From positions 33,914,001 to 33,978,000 of the forward strand of contig OX597822.1 in the NCBI GenBank assembly GCA_951406725.2: a stretch of DNA of 64,000 nt. Reading direction: 5' to 3'. Numbering within the stretch: position 1 is the stretch's first letter; each line of letters begins with the position of its first letter. The notes under the pieces are model-generated. The model was not told the DNA's origin, made no database searches, and saw only the letters and a program-made list of their open reading frames with translations. Made by a program: the position numbers and the translations under genes. This document shows positions 13,996 to 27,617 of the stretch, in pieces. This stretch comes from Octopus vulgaris. Its lineage: Eukaryota.

Positions 13996-14499
13996 GCATG
14001 TATGTATACATATATGTACTTCCATACGTTCAAAGGCAGACGTCAATGTACGTCGGCTGCAATACATGTGAATTAACTCCAAAAACGACGTAACACAAAG
14101 ATACATTTTAAAAACTTCGTTAGATTATATTAGTTATTAAATGGTTCGTAGATATTTACACATGTATTTTAATAGATTTTCCATTTGAGTATTGATTCAA
14201 AATGTTTTTAATTCTTTTTTAAAAATTTATATGTTTTAAAATATATTCGCTGAGACCGACGTAAAGTTGGATAAATTGACTGAGGTTGAGGTTTATTTTT
14301 CCATTAATTTCATTAAAAAACGATTTAGCGGAAATGATATAATTTGAGGAATACCTGTATGTTTGTGTGTGTATATACATATATGTAATACACACACACA
14401 CACACACACACATACACACATACACATACACATGTATATATAATTGTTTAGATAAAAAAATATGGCTTTAAATTGAAGTATATATATTATTATGATATA

Positions 14500-14687
14500 C
14501 AGTAATCCCACGTCATATCGCGGTTTATCTATCGCGGTTTATTATTTCAGCTTACGTCGATTCCTCCGTGGTGTTGTTTCGCATTCATAATTAAACAAAT
14601 ATATGCAAATTATAAAAATAATTTTCAAAAATATACCGCGAGGGTGGGTTTTGGAACACAACACCCGCGATAGTCGAGGGATTGCTG
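14500..14687. mobile_element. Tigger/pogo-type MITE
   Basis: TIRs CAGTAATCCC...TATCGCGG / CCGCGATAGTCGAGGGATTGCTG; TA on both sides. Confidence 0.75.
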
Positions 14688-14705
14688 TATTATTATATAG
14701 TTATT

Positions 14706-14756
<51 letters not shown>

Positions 14757-14796
14757 TGAAATTGATTAATAACTAATTAATTTTACCCTCAATTAT

Positions 14797-14835
<39 letters not shown>

Positions 14836-15024
14836 TGTATGTATATATCTATACACGTGCGCACATACACATACATAAACGTCAGTGTAAATGTGTCATT
14901 ATATATGTGTGCATGTAAATATATGTACGTATCTATGTCTGTATGTACGTCAATATATATGCGTGTGGATGTATGTGTGTGTGTGTATGTACGTATCTAT
15001 TTTTGTATGTATGCAAGTATGTGT

Positions 15025-15064
<40 letters not shown>

Positions 15065-15310
15065 GTGCATGTGAAAACATAGTGGTGGGAAGATATAGAT
15101 TTCGATTAGGGCATGCTTGGAAACGATCATTAAGAGATTTGTTGTAGAAAACACAAATATTGCGTTGCAACAGAGATTTAGAGAAATGGCACGATTCTTT
15201 CAATAGAAGGTGAACTGGGATTATTTTGCAATAATTCTTCATTAAAACAAAATCTATGTATGTATACATCCACCCACCCCCATATATGTGTGTATTATAC
15301 ACACATACAT

Positions 15311-15352
<42 letters not shown>

Positions 15353-15589
15353 ATACCGGAAGTAAACTAAAGCCAACTACATACAACAAATCAACATAAT
15401 TATTGGCCCCGACTTAACTTTTCCGATCTCCACAATGTGTGTTACTCGTTCGATTAAAATCCTACTCTTGTTATTGAATAGGCCCCAAGCATTCGAGACT
15501 TGGGAAATTTGCTAATATTCTATAAGACTATAAGCAAATAAAACAAGGAATCGATGATTAGAACTCAAAAGAAAGAAGACACGGAAAGG

Positions 15590-15668
<79 letters not shown>

Positions 15669-15782
15669 CAGGTAGGTAAGATGTATATGAATGTATATAT
15701 GTATGTATGTATGTATGTGTGTATATATGCATGTATCTATCTATCTATCTATATCTATATCTACAGATAGATAGATAGATAT

Positions 15783-15873
<91 letters not shown>

Positions 15874-16677
15874 TGTTTCTTTATTAGCCACACAGGGCTG
15901 CAAACAGACTGGACAAATTACAAGGTAGAGCTTTTCTTTTGGGGATCAAAAGGGATCGTAAAAGGAAAGAAAGAGGAAAGCAAAAGTAAAAAAAATAGAC
16001 AGACAGATATAGAGAGAAGGCTATAAACGAGAGAGCGGAATGGTAAAATTAACGAAGATTTCCGATTGAGAAAGTAAAGTGTGGCATTGTTTCTATGGTG
16101 GAAAGAAGATATTCAATTTATTCTTATTAAGTAAAAAAAAAAACTAATAGCTGTGTGCAGTTGCAGCTTAAAATTATCAAAAGTATTATACATCTTTATA
16201 CATCTCATAATATACAATCTTCACAAAAAATGAATTTGATTTTATCGAGTCAAACAGTGTGTTAAATTTTGTACTCTATGCTAAAATTCTATTCCAACTA
16301 CCATCTGTACAACAAAAGAATTCATTGTATGGATATTACATCCGTAAAGGAACACAGTTGATGCCAGCAGAATTTTTGGACTCGGAATAGTAACTTACCT
16401 TACTAACATCTATTTCGATAGGAAGTATATCAAAGTCTGGAATTCTTAGATCTCCATCGAATTATCTGACAAGTCTTTATCTGTCTACATCAGCACATCC
16501 ATTTATCCATCCACTAAGTCATCCATCCAACTATCCGTCCATTCACCCATTTATCAAACCAGCTATCCTACCAACTATCCATCCATCCATCCGTCCATAC
16601 ATACATACATACATACATACATACATACATACATACATACATACATACATACATACATACATACATACATACATACA

Positions 16678-16708
<31 letters not shown>

Positions 16709-16947
16709 TCCGACGGCAGAGCTTTGTATCTGTTAGAAACCATTTCCTTCCTTATAGGGAGACTTCAGATAATTTTGAAAGAGAATCGAACACCCAACCA
16801 TCTACTAATCCATCCATCCATTAACCCATCCATCCATCCATCCATCCGTCCATCCGTCCATCCATCCATCCATCCATTCAGACATTCAGGCATACATACT
16901 CGATTCTTCATCTCTCCATGTTTCTACTCTTACAGAAATATGCTGGC

Positions 16948-17168
16948 ATGACTTCGAACAGATGTTGTGAGAAATTTGGGACTATAGTGGCTGTGATTAA
17001 AGCCGTTGTATCTCGCAGTCTGTTTACCACACACGGATTAATATGTATTTGGCGTTTAACAGTCGTCAAGAAGAATCTGCTCTACTGGTGTATGGGCGGT
17101 TCGATTCTACTGATTGTTCTGGAGACCATCTTTACATTGAAGAAGAAACGCGGCGGAGAATGGAAATG
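16948..17168 (+). CDS. TMEM26: TMEM26-like multi-pass membrane protein, first identified coding exon
   Basis: Translates MTSNRCC...SRSLFTTHGLICIWRLTVVKKNLLYWCMGGSILLIVLETIFTLKKKRGGEWKW, matching the TMEM26 N-terminal pattern (RxLFxxH..WRxT.VK..YW...LET..TLK.KRG..KW). Acceptor tttctactcttacAG at 16934-16935; donor TG|GTAAGT at 17169 (phase 2). ATG at 16948 is assumed; the frame is open from 16936. Confidence 0.9.
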
Positions 17169-17241
17169 GTAAGTAACATTATTTTTACCATTTCGGTTTC
17201 TTTTAACTGAGTACGAGGTTCTGTTATTCCATATTGCATAC

Positions 17242-17570
17242 AGGTGGTGAGCTGACAAAATTGTTAGCAAGCCGGACAAAATGCATAGCGGCATTTCGTC
17301 CGTCTTCATGTTCTGAGTTCAAATTCTGTGGGCGTAGACTTTGCCTATCATCCTTTCGAGATCGATAAAATAAATACCATTGAAGTATTGGGATCGTTCA
17401 GTTCGATATTTAAGAGATGAGGAATTACGTACATTATTTACATTATTTACATTTGATGGATATTTGTCCTCATCTTGTTTGTTGTTAACACGTTTCCGCT
17501 GATATACCCTACAGATTTCTTCAAGTGTCTAGGGGAAATTTCGAACCTGGGTTCTCATTCGATGTTGTTG

Positions 17571-17632
<62 letters not shown>

Positions 17633-17788
17633 GTTGTGGTTGTTGTTGTTGTTGTTGTTGTTGTTGTTCACACCATAATTGCCCACGGGCATTTAGCGTA
17701 GTGGTTAAGAGCGCGGGCTACTAACCCCAAGATTCCGAGTTCGATTCCAAGCAGTGACCTGAATAACAACAACCACAATAACAATAAC

Positions 17789-17864
<76 letters not shown>

Positions 17865-18110
17865 TCGAAAAAATACCTTAGGAATGAGAACTCAGGTTCG
17901 AAATTTCCCCAAGACACCAGATGAAGGGTGGTGAGTATATCTGCCGAAACGTTGTGGTAACAACAAACAAGATGAGGACAAATATCCGTCAAATGTAAAT
18001 AATGTAAATAATGTAAATAATGTAAATAATGTAAATATTGGGATCGTTGTAATCGACTTCCCTCTCCCCTTAAAAACTGCTGGTCTTATACCAACATTTA
18101 AAACCATTAT
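17242..18110 (+). mobile_element. Nin/Deu-domain-like SINE (family B) split by the 17399-18035 insertion
   Basis: Head GGTGGTGAGCTGACA...GAGTTCAAATTC and central GACTTTGCCTATCATCCTTTCG; the body resumes after the TSD copy at 18049. Confidence 0.75.
17399..18035. mobile_element. Composite foldback retro-insertion: tRNA-like head, (AAT)n, hammerhead-like tail, plus an inverted copy of the tail
   Basis: 13-bp TSD TATTGGGATCGTT at 17386-17398 and 18036-18048; A box TAGCGTAGTGG (17694) and B box GAGTTCGATTCC (17737); HHR-like motifs at 17914-17957 (+) and 17487-17530 (-); (ATGTAAATA)n tails. Confidence 0.8.
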
Positions 18111-18423
18111 TTCATATTGTTGCTGTTTGTTATTGTTGTTGCTACTGTTGATGTATTTTTTGTTGTTGCTGTTCTTACGTTGCTGTCGTCGTTGATATCG
18201 TTGTTATTTTAGCTGTTGTTTTTGTTATCGTCGTTCTTGTTGTTGTTATTGTTGCTGTTTTTGTTGCTGTTGTTGTCATTGTCGTTCAAGTGCTTGTTGT
18301 TGTTGTTGTTTTAACAGCAAGTGGTGAACGAAACGGATTGTTGCTTACCAGTAGATCAATCACTGGTTCACTGTATTTAGGACGCAAAGATTGACAATTT
18401 CTGGGGTGTATTTACAACCCGCT

Positions 18424-18944
18424 GCAGAAATTCAAAGATTGGATGATCACTAGTAGAATATTTTTGCTCATAGACATGCTCGACCAGGACTGACTTGGGG
18501 TTAAAAAACAACGACGGCAGAAATTCAAAGATTGGATGATCACTAGTAGAATATTTTTGCTCATAGACATGCTCGACCAGGATTGACTTGGGGTTAAAAA
18601 ACAACGACGGCAGAAATTCAAAGACTGGATGATCACTAGTAGAATATTTTTGCTCATAGACATGCTCGACCAGGACTGACTTGGGGTTAAAAAACAACGA
18701 CGGCAGAAATTCAAAGATTGGATGATCACTAGTAGAATATTTTTGCTCATAGACATGCTCGACCAGGATTGACTTGGGGTTAAAAAACAACAACGGCAGA
18801 AATTCAAAGATTGGATGATCACTAGTAGAATATTTTTGCTCATAGACATGCTCGACCAGGACTGACTTGGGGTTAAAAAACAACGACGGCAGAAATTCAA
18901 AGATTGGATGATCACTAGTAGAATATTTTTGCTCATAGACATGC
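18424..18944. repeat. 93-bp tandem repeat, about 5.6 copies
   Basis: Units start at 18424, 18517, 18610, 18703, 18796 and 18889; nearly identical. Confidence 0.97.
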
Positions 18945-19254
18945 AAATACTGGAGTTGATTTAATAGCTGAAGTATTTCGACAGAAATCGTCCGCTTTAA
19001 GGCTATTATAGACATTATATGAATAATATGACAATGGTCAACATTAAGTATCTAGAAACATCGAGAAGGATCCATAGCATTGCTTTCAGAGGGCCTACAA
19101 AAAGTTAGAGATAAAGCTTCTTCCAGTTGAGTACATTTTGTACCAAATTAACCTTGACTGAGTAAACTATGATCAAAATCGTTCAATCAATCACCATCAT
19201 GTCTTATTGTATAGCAATGTATCCTTCTGTTTTAAGGTGTTATATGATGAAGTG

Positions 19255-19485
19255 TGGGTATTACACAATGTGACAAGGCTAGCCTTTCGAAATACAGGTA
19301 CAACAGAAACAGGAAGAAAGAGTGAGAGAAAGTTGGGTGAAAGAGTACAGCAGGGTTCGCCACCATCCTCTGCCATAGACTCGTGGAGCTTTTAGGTATT
19401 TTCACTCAATAAACACTCCCAACGTCCGGCCTGGGTATTGAAACCGCGACTCCGATGCCCTAATCACCGGGCCATTGCGCCTCAC
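19255..19485 (-). mobile_element. Family A SINE, diverged
   Basis: Same head and core as 59836-60223. Confidence 0.75.
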
Positions 19486-19938
19486 ATACACACATACATG
19501 ATGATTGTACTGAAAGGACAATATTAAGCTGGGAGCTACGCATAGTAGCTTCAAGAGCCGCATGCAGCTCACGATCCACCTTTTGACCAACGTTAATTTA
19601 AAGATTCTTTTGCTGACATGCGGTTACGTTTTTTCTGGGACCATAAAAGACTAAAAAAAACAATAGAAGGTTAATGAAATAATATTCTCGAATATGGAAC
19701 AGTGGTGCAACAATCAAACAAGCAACGAGTGCCCTTTGTCAATTAAAGTGCTATAACAATAAACAAAGCAGTGTTATACATCCTAGTTTAAATAAAACTG
19801 ATGTGCACGCACGCGTATGTGTGTGTGATATATGAGCGTGTATATGTATGTGTGTGTTGTGTTTATTTATATATATATAAATTAAACTTATTTTAACATT
19901 AATTTACTCTGGACAAGTATGTTTTATGTTGTGTTTAT

Positions 19939-21650
<1,712 letters not shown>

Positions 21651-22034
21651 TATATATATATATATATATATATTGATTATACTTATTTTAACGTTAATTA
21701 AATTACTTTGGGCATGTATGTTTTTCATTCTAAACTGCAATTTAATTTTGATTTAAGGTTTTCCTCGATTTTTTCCTCGATATTTAATTTAATATCACCG
21801 ATTCTTTTTTTAAAATCGTTAGTTGAAACGACCAATGAAATGAAACCAAACTCAAATGTGTATCTGTCAATGTAAATTGTACAAAATACAACAATTTACA
21901 TATATATGTAACCTTAATTCATGCCTCATTCTTAATCACAACTGTCCGACGAACGGGAACGTGAAGCACTGAGTTTTTAATGATATTTTGTAATGTTTTT
22001 GCAGCTTTAATAATATAGTGTGCATGTGTGTGTC

Positions 22035-22084
<50 letters not shown>

Positions 22085-22276
22085 TAGGTGAATGAATTAT
22101 CCTAGCATGGAAAATTCGTTTAACCGATACCTGGGTAGCAAATTCACGTCGGAAAACACGGTTGAAGCGATCTGTCAAGGGTAGAAACTCCGGGTTCTTG
22201 TGTGGAATTTTGTGTGTTTTTTATATGAATAAATGAAAGAATGGAGTCGAACGAAGATGTTAACAAAAATCCTTTA

Positions 22277-22358
22277 CTCTCGACACATGTTTCGAAGACA
22301 GCGTACTTTTATTCCGAAGGAATAAAGGGTGCATTATGCAATCTTCTCATCAGGAAAG
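22277..22358 (-). ncRNA. Type I hammerhead ribozyme with intact core (PLE minimal type, extended stem II)
   Basis: Minus strand: CTTTC-CTGATGA-GAAGA-(43 nt)-TCTTC-GAAA-CATGTG-TC-GAGAG. Stem I 5 bp, stem II 5 bp, GUC cleavage triplet, self-complementary stem/loop III. Confidence 0.75.
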
Positions 22359-22799
22359 ATAAGGAACATACATACATACATACATACATACATACATACA
22401 TACATACATACATACATACATACATTCATACATACATACGTAAGCATATGTAAGTATATACATGTGTGTGTGTTGAAGGGATTCAACTGGAGTGAAACAG
22501 AAAAGACAGTCAGAAGGCGATAACCAAGAAAATTCGTCGATGGATTATGCTCCATTGAGAATGAAGGGTTGAAGTAGGTAGATACACGTCTGCAGAATGG
22601 TCAGCCGCTTGCACATTGATACAAGAGCAGATAACCCAATTATTCGATCAGCTTAATCCTCGTCGTCAAACGATGGACATCCACAACCACCTAAGTGTAT
22701 AAGTGCTTTGTGTTAGTTTGTTTGTGTGTATGTATGTGTTTGTATGTGTGTTTGTGTGTGTGTGTGTGTGTGTGGGCGTGTGCATATATGTGTATTTGG

Positions 22800-22860
<61 letters not shown>

Positions 22861-23006
22861 TGTGTGTGAATGTCAGAAAAGTAAAAGGCAATATTGACCA
22901 TGACATCATTCACAATGTGAATCCCATATCACGACCAGCAGTTCCCTTCAGTCATTATTATATGTTGTTGTTGTTGCTGCTGCTGCTGCTGCTGTTGCTG
23001 TTGTTG

Positions 23007-23083
<77 letters not shown>

Positions 23084-23565
23084 GTAATTCTCTTTCGATT
23101 ACGTCACGATGTTTTTATTCAGGAAACTTAAATCACACATAAAGGCAGCAATATTCAAAGGTGGGCCATTGTAAAATGTTCTTCCTAATAAAACAGTTTT
23201 ACGAGTCTCATTTCATTTTGTATGAAAGAAAATAAATATTTCAATATCTAGTAGAAAGAAGAAAAAAGAAGAATGAAAACAAAATCAAACAAGGTCAATT
23301 TTAAACGGATTCAAAAGCACTGTTCTTTAAAAAAAAAACCTTTTCAAAACAGTGAATATAAAGAAAGTGAGCAAGGAAAAGATTGGTTACTACGATACCA
23401 ACAAAGGCGGCCTCTACAGGGTGGACTGTCTGACCTGCTAAAAATAGCTATATAACCTATAATCCTTCAGAATTATTCACTTTGTAGTCTTAAAATTCTA
23501 AAGGAGTTTTAAGACGTTAACGACGCTGTAGTCGTTAAAAACTGTAGACTTTAAAGATTGCAGTG

Positions 23566-23700
23566 TCTTTAATGTTTCGAGTTAAAGTCATTCGTCTGAA
23601 AGAGGTACTGTAAAAGCAATAAAATAATGAGAGAGAAGAAAAACCACGGCAAGGAAAATGGAAGGTAGTGAAGCTACGCGTGGCGTTCTGGGTAGGGAAA
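23566..23700 (-). mobile_element. PLE-like fragment with degenerate hammerhead
   Basis: TCTTT-CAGACGA-A-TGAC-TTTA-ACTC-GAAA-CA-TT-AAAGA (23566-23603); paralogous to 24418-24772. Confidence 0.55.
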
Positions 23701-24417
23701 GTTGTTGGAAGTAGTGGTTTGTTCGAGGATAGGGCCTGCTGGACTGGGGGCTAAACAAAAAAAAAACGGCGGCGGTTACAACTACAACGACAAAGGCCAA
23801 ATGTTTTATACACATTCAACATACAAAAATCCTGGGCCGCAGTAATTGAACCCTTTTGTCTGTCCTGCGTGTAACGTGATATACAGCACATATTTTCTGG
23901 GTTTTTTTCAACCACCAGAACCACTTTTAATTTATGAAAGAGAAGCTTTATATTATACAGAATGTATGAGAGAAAAGGTTTAGCTAAAAGTCTGAAAACA
24001 TGTATGAACGTTTAGAACAAACTTACAAAATTGCTTTGGACAAGCAAAGAGTTAAGACAGGCAAAGAGAGAATATTCAATCGGATCCATCTCGTCCGCTG
24101 TTTTCAATTCACACAGGAAGAATTATTAAGTAACAGCAGTTTATTGAAAAGGCCCTCGTATATGTATTTAATTCCCCGGTGAGGCTAACTACATGCAGAT
24201 ATGACTCCTTGGTTTTATTTATTCACAGGACAATGTAAGTTATAAGAATGGTGCGTTGCCTAATGCACCAGAGTCTCAGCATGGTCATTTGACCTATCAA
24301 AAATAGCAACCTACTCTCCCTCAAATCATACTCAATCATCTTTTTAAAACTCGAATGAATTAAGTGATGATAAAATTATATAGTAGTTTAATGCTTGAGA
24401 TACACAGAGTAGAGATG

Positions 24418-24772
24418 TCTTTAACGTTTCGGATAAAAGTCCTTCATTTGAAAGAGGTATTGTAGAAAAAGCCTTAAAAGAAACGAGAGAAGAAGAAGAA
24501 GAAGAAGAAGAAGAAGAAGAAGAAGAAGAAGAAGAAGAAGAAGAAAAAGAAGAAGATGGAAGAAGATGGAAGAAGAAGAAGAAGAAGAAGAAGAAGAAGA
24601 AGAAGAAGAAGAAGAAGAAAAAGAAGATGGAAGAAGAAGATGGAAGAAGAAGAAGAAGAAGAAGAAGAAGAAGAAGAAGAAGAAGAAGAAGAAGAAGAAG
24701 AAGAAGAAGAAGAAGAAGAAGAAGAAGAAGAAACGGCAAGGAAAATGGAGAGCAGTGAAGCCACGTGTTGCC
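24418..24772 (-). mobile_element. PLE-like fragment with degenerate hammerhead and internal (GAA)n expansion
   Basis: TCTTT-CAAATGA-A-GGA-CTTTTA-TCC-GAAA-CG-TT-AAAGA (24418-24455); (GAA)n about 24488-24732. Confidence 0.6.
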
Positions 24773-25179
24773 TACGTCAGAGCCATTTTTTGAAGAAGAT
24801 ACATCATAGGTTTGTGCTATCAAAGATGATCTGGAGCCAAACAAGATCAAGCGTCTTCAGACAAATAATAAGGTATTATCCGTTGCTTCTCACATCACAG
24901 CAGTAATGCCGATACTAACATATTAATACAGTGGACTTCAAACTTTCGCTGCCTAATAAGCAGTAAGAGGATTATGAGTCTGGCAGTGGCTGGTAGAGTA
25001 AGGGAGGCGCCAAAAATGAAAGTTAGTTTCTAATGAGGCTATATGCCGAATGGAACGCATGTTGCTCTACCAAACTTGTCTGAGGCACAGTGTTCTGGAC
25101 GAGTTCTCCTCCTGAAGTTTCAAAATTTAAGTTAGTTCCAGATGAGGCCATTCTGCAGCTTTAACATGTATTACAACAT

Positions 25180-25350
25180 TCATCATCATCATTGTTCGAC
25201 CGTGGTCGAGACAATGGAATTTACTATGCTACACCAGACTTCACGGTCTATCATAGCATTACGGAGGTCCTGCATGTATCCCTGGAGATTACATCAGGGT
25301 AGGAGAGTGTGCGCCCTCTGGTATCGCGAGTAGATAGCTTCCAGAAGAAC
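25180..25350 (-). mobile_element. RTE-like LINE 3' end
   Basis: FWKLSTRDTRGRTLSYPDVISRD.../AMIDREVWCSIVNSIVSTTVEQ* followed by a (TGA)n tail. Confidence 0.6.
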
Positions 25351-25859
25351 AACACTGAAGCAACACTGAAACAACAACAACAATGCGATGGCAACGGCGA
25401 CGCGACGGTGATAGCGACGGTGATGGCGATGGCTGCGGCTAAAGCTTCGTCTACGAAATTCCATGGCAAAACATTCCTGTCTCTGACTAACCGCTATGTT
25501 ACTTGACATAAAGAGACACCACATAAACAATACCAGTTTCAGACAGGTGTAAACATGAACACCGCACATTCACACAGACACACACGTACACACACATATA
25601 TACACATGCACATTTGTATGTATATACATACAAGTGTGTGTAGAGTAACTCAATTTCATACAAAAAGTTACTTGTCTAAGATTGCAAGGCCTCTCTCAGT
25701 GAGATCGAACCCGGAACTTAACGGTTGCAAGACGAGCTTCTTAACCATACAGGCATATACCTACACTCCATATTCATAATCATGTGATCACATATTTCAC
25801 ACGAATATTCCTGGATAAGAATAAGTCAAAAGGCTATTATGAACACAAACAGACCAATA

Positions 25860-26094
25860 CTTATTTCTTTACTATCCACAGGGGGCTAAACACAGAGGGG
25901 ATAAACAAGGACAGACAAAGGGATTAAGTCGATTGCTTCGGCCCCAGTGCGTAACTGGTACTTATTTAATCGACCCTGAAAGGATGAAAGGCAAAGTCGA
26001 CCTCGGCGGAATTTGAACTCAGAACGTAAAGACAGACGAAGTACTGCTAAGCATTTCGCCCGGAGTGCTAACGTTTCTGCCAGCTCGCCGCCTT
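25860..26094 (-). mobile_element. Family B (Nin/Deu-like) SINE, full length
   Basis: AGGCGGCGAGCTGGCAGAAAC head, B box GAGTTCAAATTCC, GTCGACTTTGCCTTTCATCCTTTC core; direct repeat CAGACCAATACT on both flanks. Confidence 0.85.
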
Positions 26095-26601
26095 TGTCAG
26101 ACCAATACTGACAGGATCTAATGATTTCGTTTTCGCGACCCTTTCAGAATCATTTCTGAATTATATTTCAGCTGATGCTAAGCATGTCGACTTAATGGTT
26201 GTGGGGAAACTCTAGGGATAGCTGAGCAACAAAAGGTCTACAGCAGTGGTTCATATGACATCTGAGGGTCCTTATAAGATTTGGGATGAAGGGTCAACGG
26301 GAACGAAACAGCAAATTGGGGACCCACAGTAACTTATTAAGGATTCATGAAAAAAGAAATTAGATGTATGTATTGCAAGAAACAGCTAAGTTTCTTTATC
26401 TAACATTTTACATGGTTCAACTTACACAAGTTGTGTGAATAACAAAAGAGGAATTTTGAAACAAGTTTCTATAAAACTAGTTTTTACATAGCGAAAGAGT
26501 ATGGAGGTCCACCAAAATAAAATAGTGATCAACCATAGATAAAAAATGGCTGAGAACCTCTGGTCTACTGGGAAGAAGCCTCCATACCTCCACTCCATGC
26601 A

Positions 26602-26995
26602 AGGCGGTGAGCTGGCAGAAACGTTAGCACGCCAGGTGAAATGCTTAGCGGTATTTCGTCTGCCGCTACGTTCTGAGTTCAAATTCCGCAGAGGTTGACT
26701 TTGCCTTTCATCCTTTCGGGATTGATTAAATAAGTACTAATTACGCACTGGGGTCAATATAATCGACTTAATCCGTGTCTGTCCTTGTTTGTCCTCTCTG
26801 TGTTTAGCTCCTTGTGGGTAGTAAAGAAATAGGCATTTCATCTGCCGCTACGTTCTGAGTTCAAATTCCGTCGAGGTCGATTTGCCTTTCATCCTTTCAG
26901 GGTCGATAAATTAAGTACCAGTTGCGTACAGGGGTTGATCTAATTGACTGGCACCCTCCCCAAAAGTTTCGGGCCTTGTGCCTAGAGTAGAAAAT
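26602..26995 (+). mobile_element. Family B SINE, head plus two tandem bodies
   Basis: Body restarts at about 26832 without a second head, ending in a different tail. Confidence 0.8.
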
Positions 26996-27617
26996 AATTT
27001 CTTACACTTTCAGTGGGACGGCGCTTCGAAGCATCGTTCCCGGGTCGGGTCCGCGTGTTCGCCGCGACGCTCGCGTCCGGCGTTCCCGCTCCAGACCATA
27101 ACAGTGACATAGAAGGTGGCATCTCTCTGTTGCCATTTTCTATGTTACTATCTACATTGCAACCCTCGTAGTTGGTTAAGGGGCCCAGAATCAAGATACC
27201 AGTAGGAACTCTTCTCAGCTTCCTAGAGGACGCACTAGTTGGCTTGCGACTAAGTTATTTCAGGTGTTAAAAGAAAGGCTATAAACGTTGGGGAAGTTGG
27301 GAACTAATGGTATAGAACGGAAGTCGGCGACCCGGGGTAAATTACCCCAAGTGGGGTAAAAATGAAATTCTTGCGGGTAATGAGGATTCATTAGACATAA
27401 GTAAAATCATAATTAAAAAAAACGTGTTCCTTCAATAAAGTTTTTGAATTCGGAGAATCTATGATTTTCTTCCTTTCAAATCAAGGGAGTAACGTCGGCG
27501 TCAATAAATATATTTTGGGATAATTAGTTAAAAAGTTCCCTGAGGCCTGGTGTTGAAGCAAGAGCTCACATTAGCTATCTTGGTTGTATACGTTCTTCAT
27601 ATATATATATACATATA

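Noticed and set aside
17687-17760. tRNA gene (also the heads at 59838, 3700 and 52100)
   Set aside because: A and B boxes are present but acceptor and T stems do not pair properly, and each runs into a SINE body.
18377-19015. 212-aa repeat ORF, or a CRISPR-like array
   Set aside because: The 93-bp unit is a multiple of 3, which explains the open frame; units are contiguous with no unique spacers and no cas genes.
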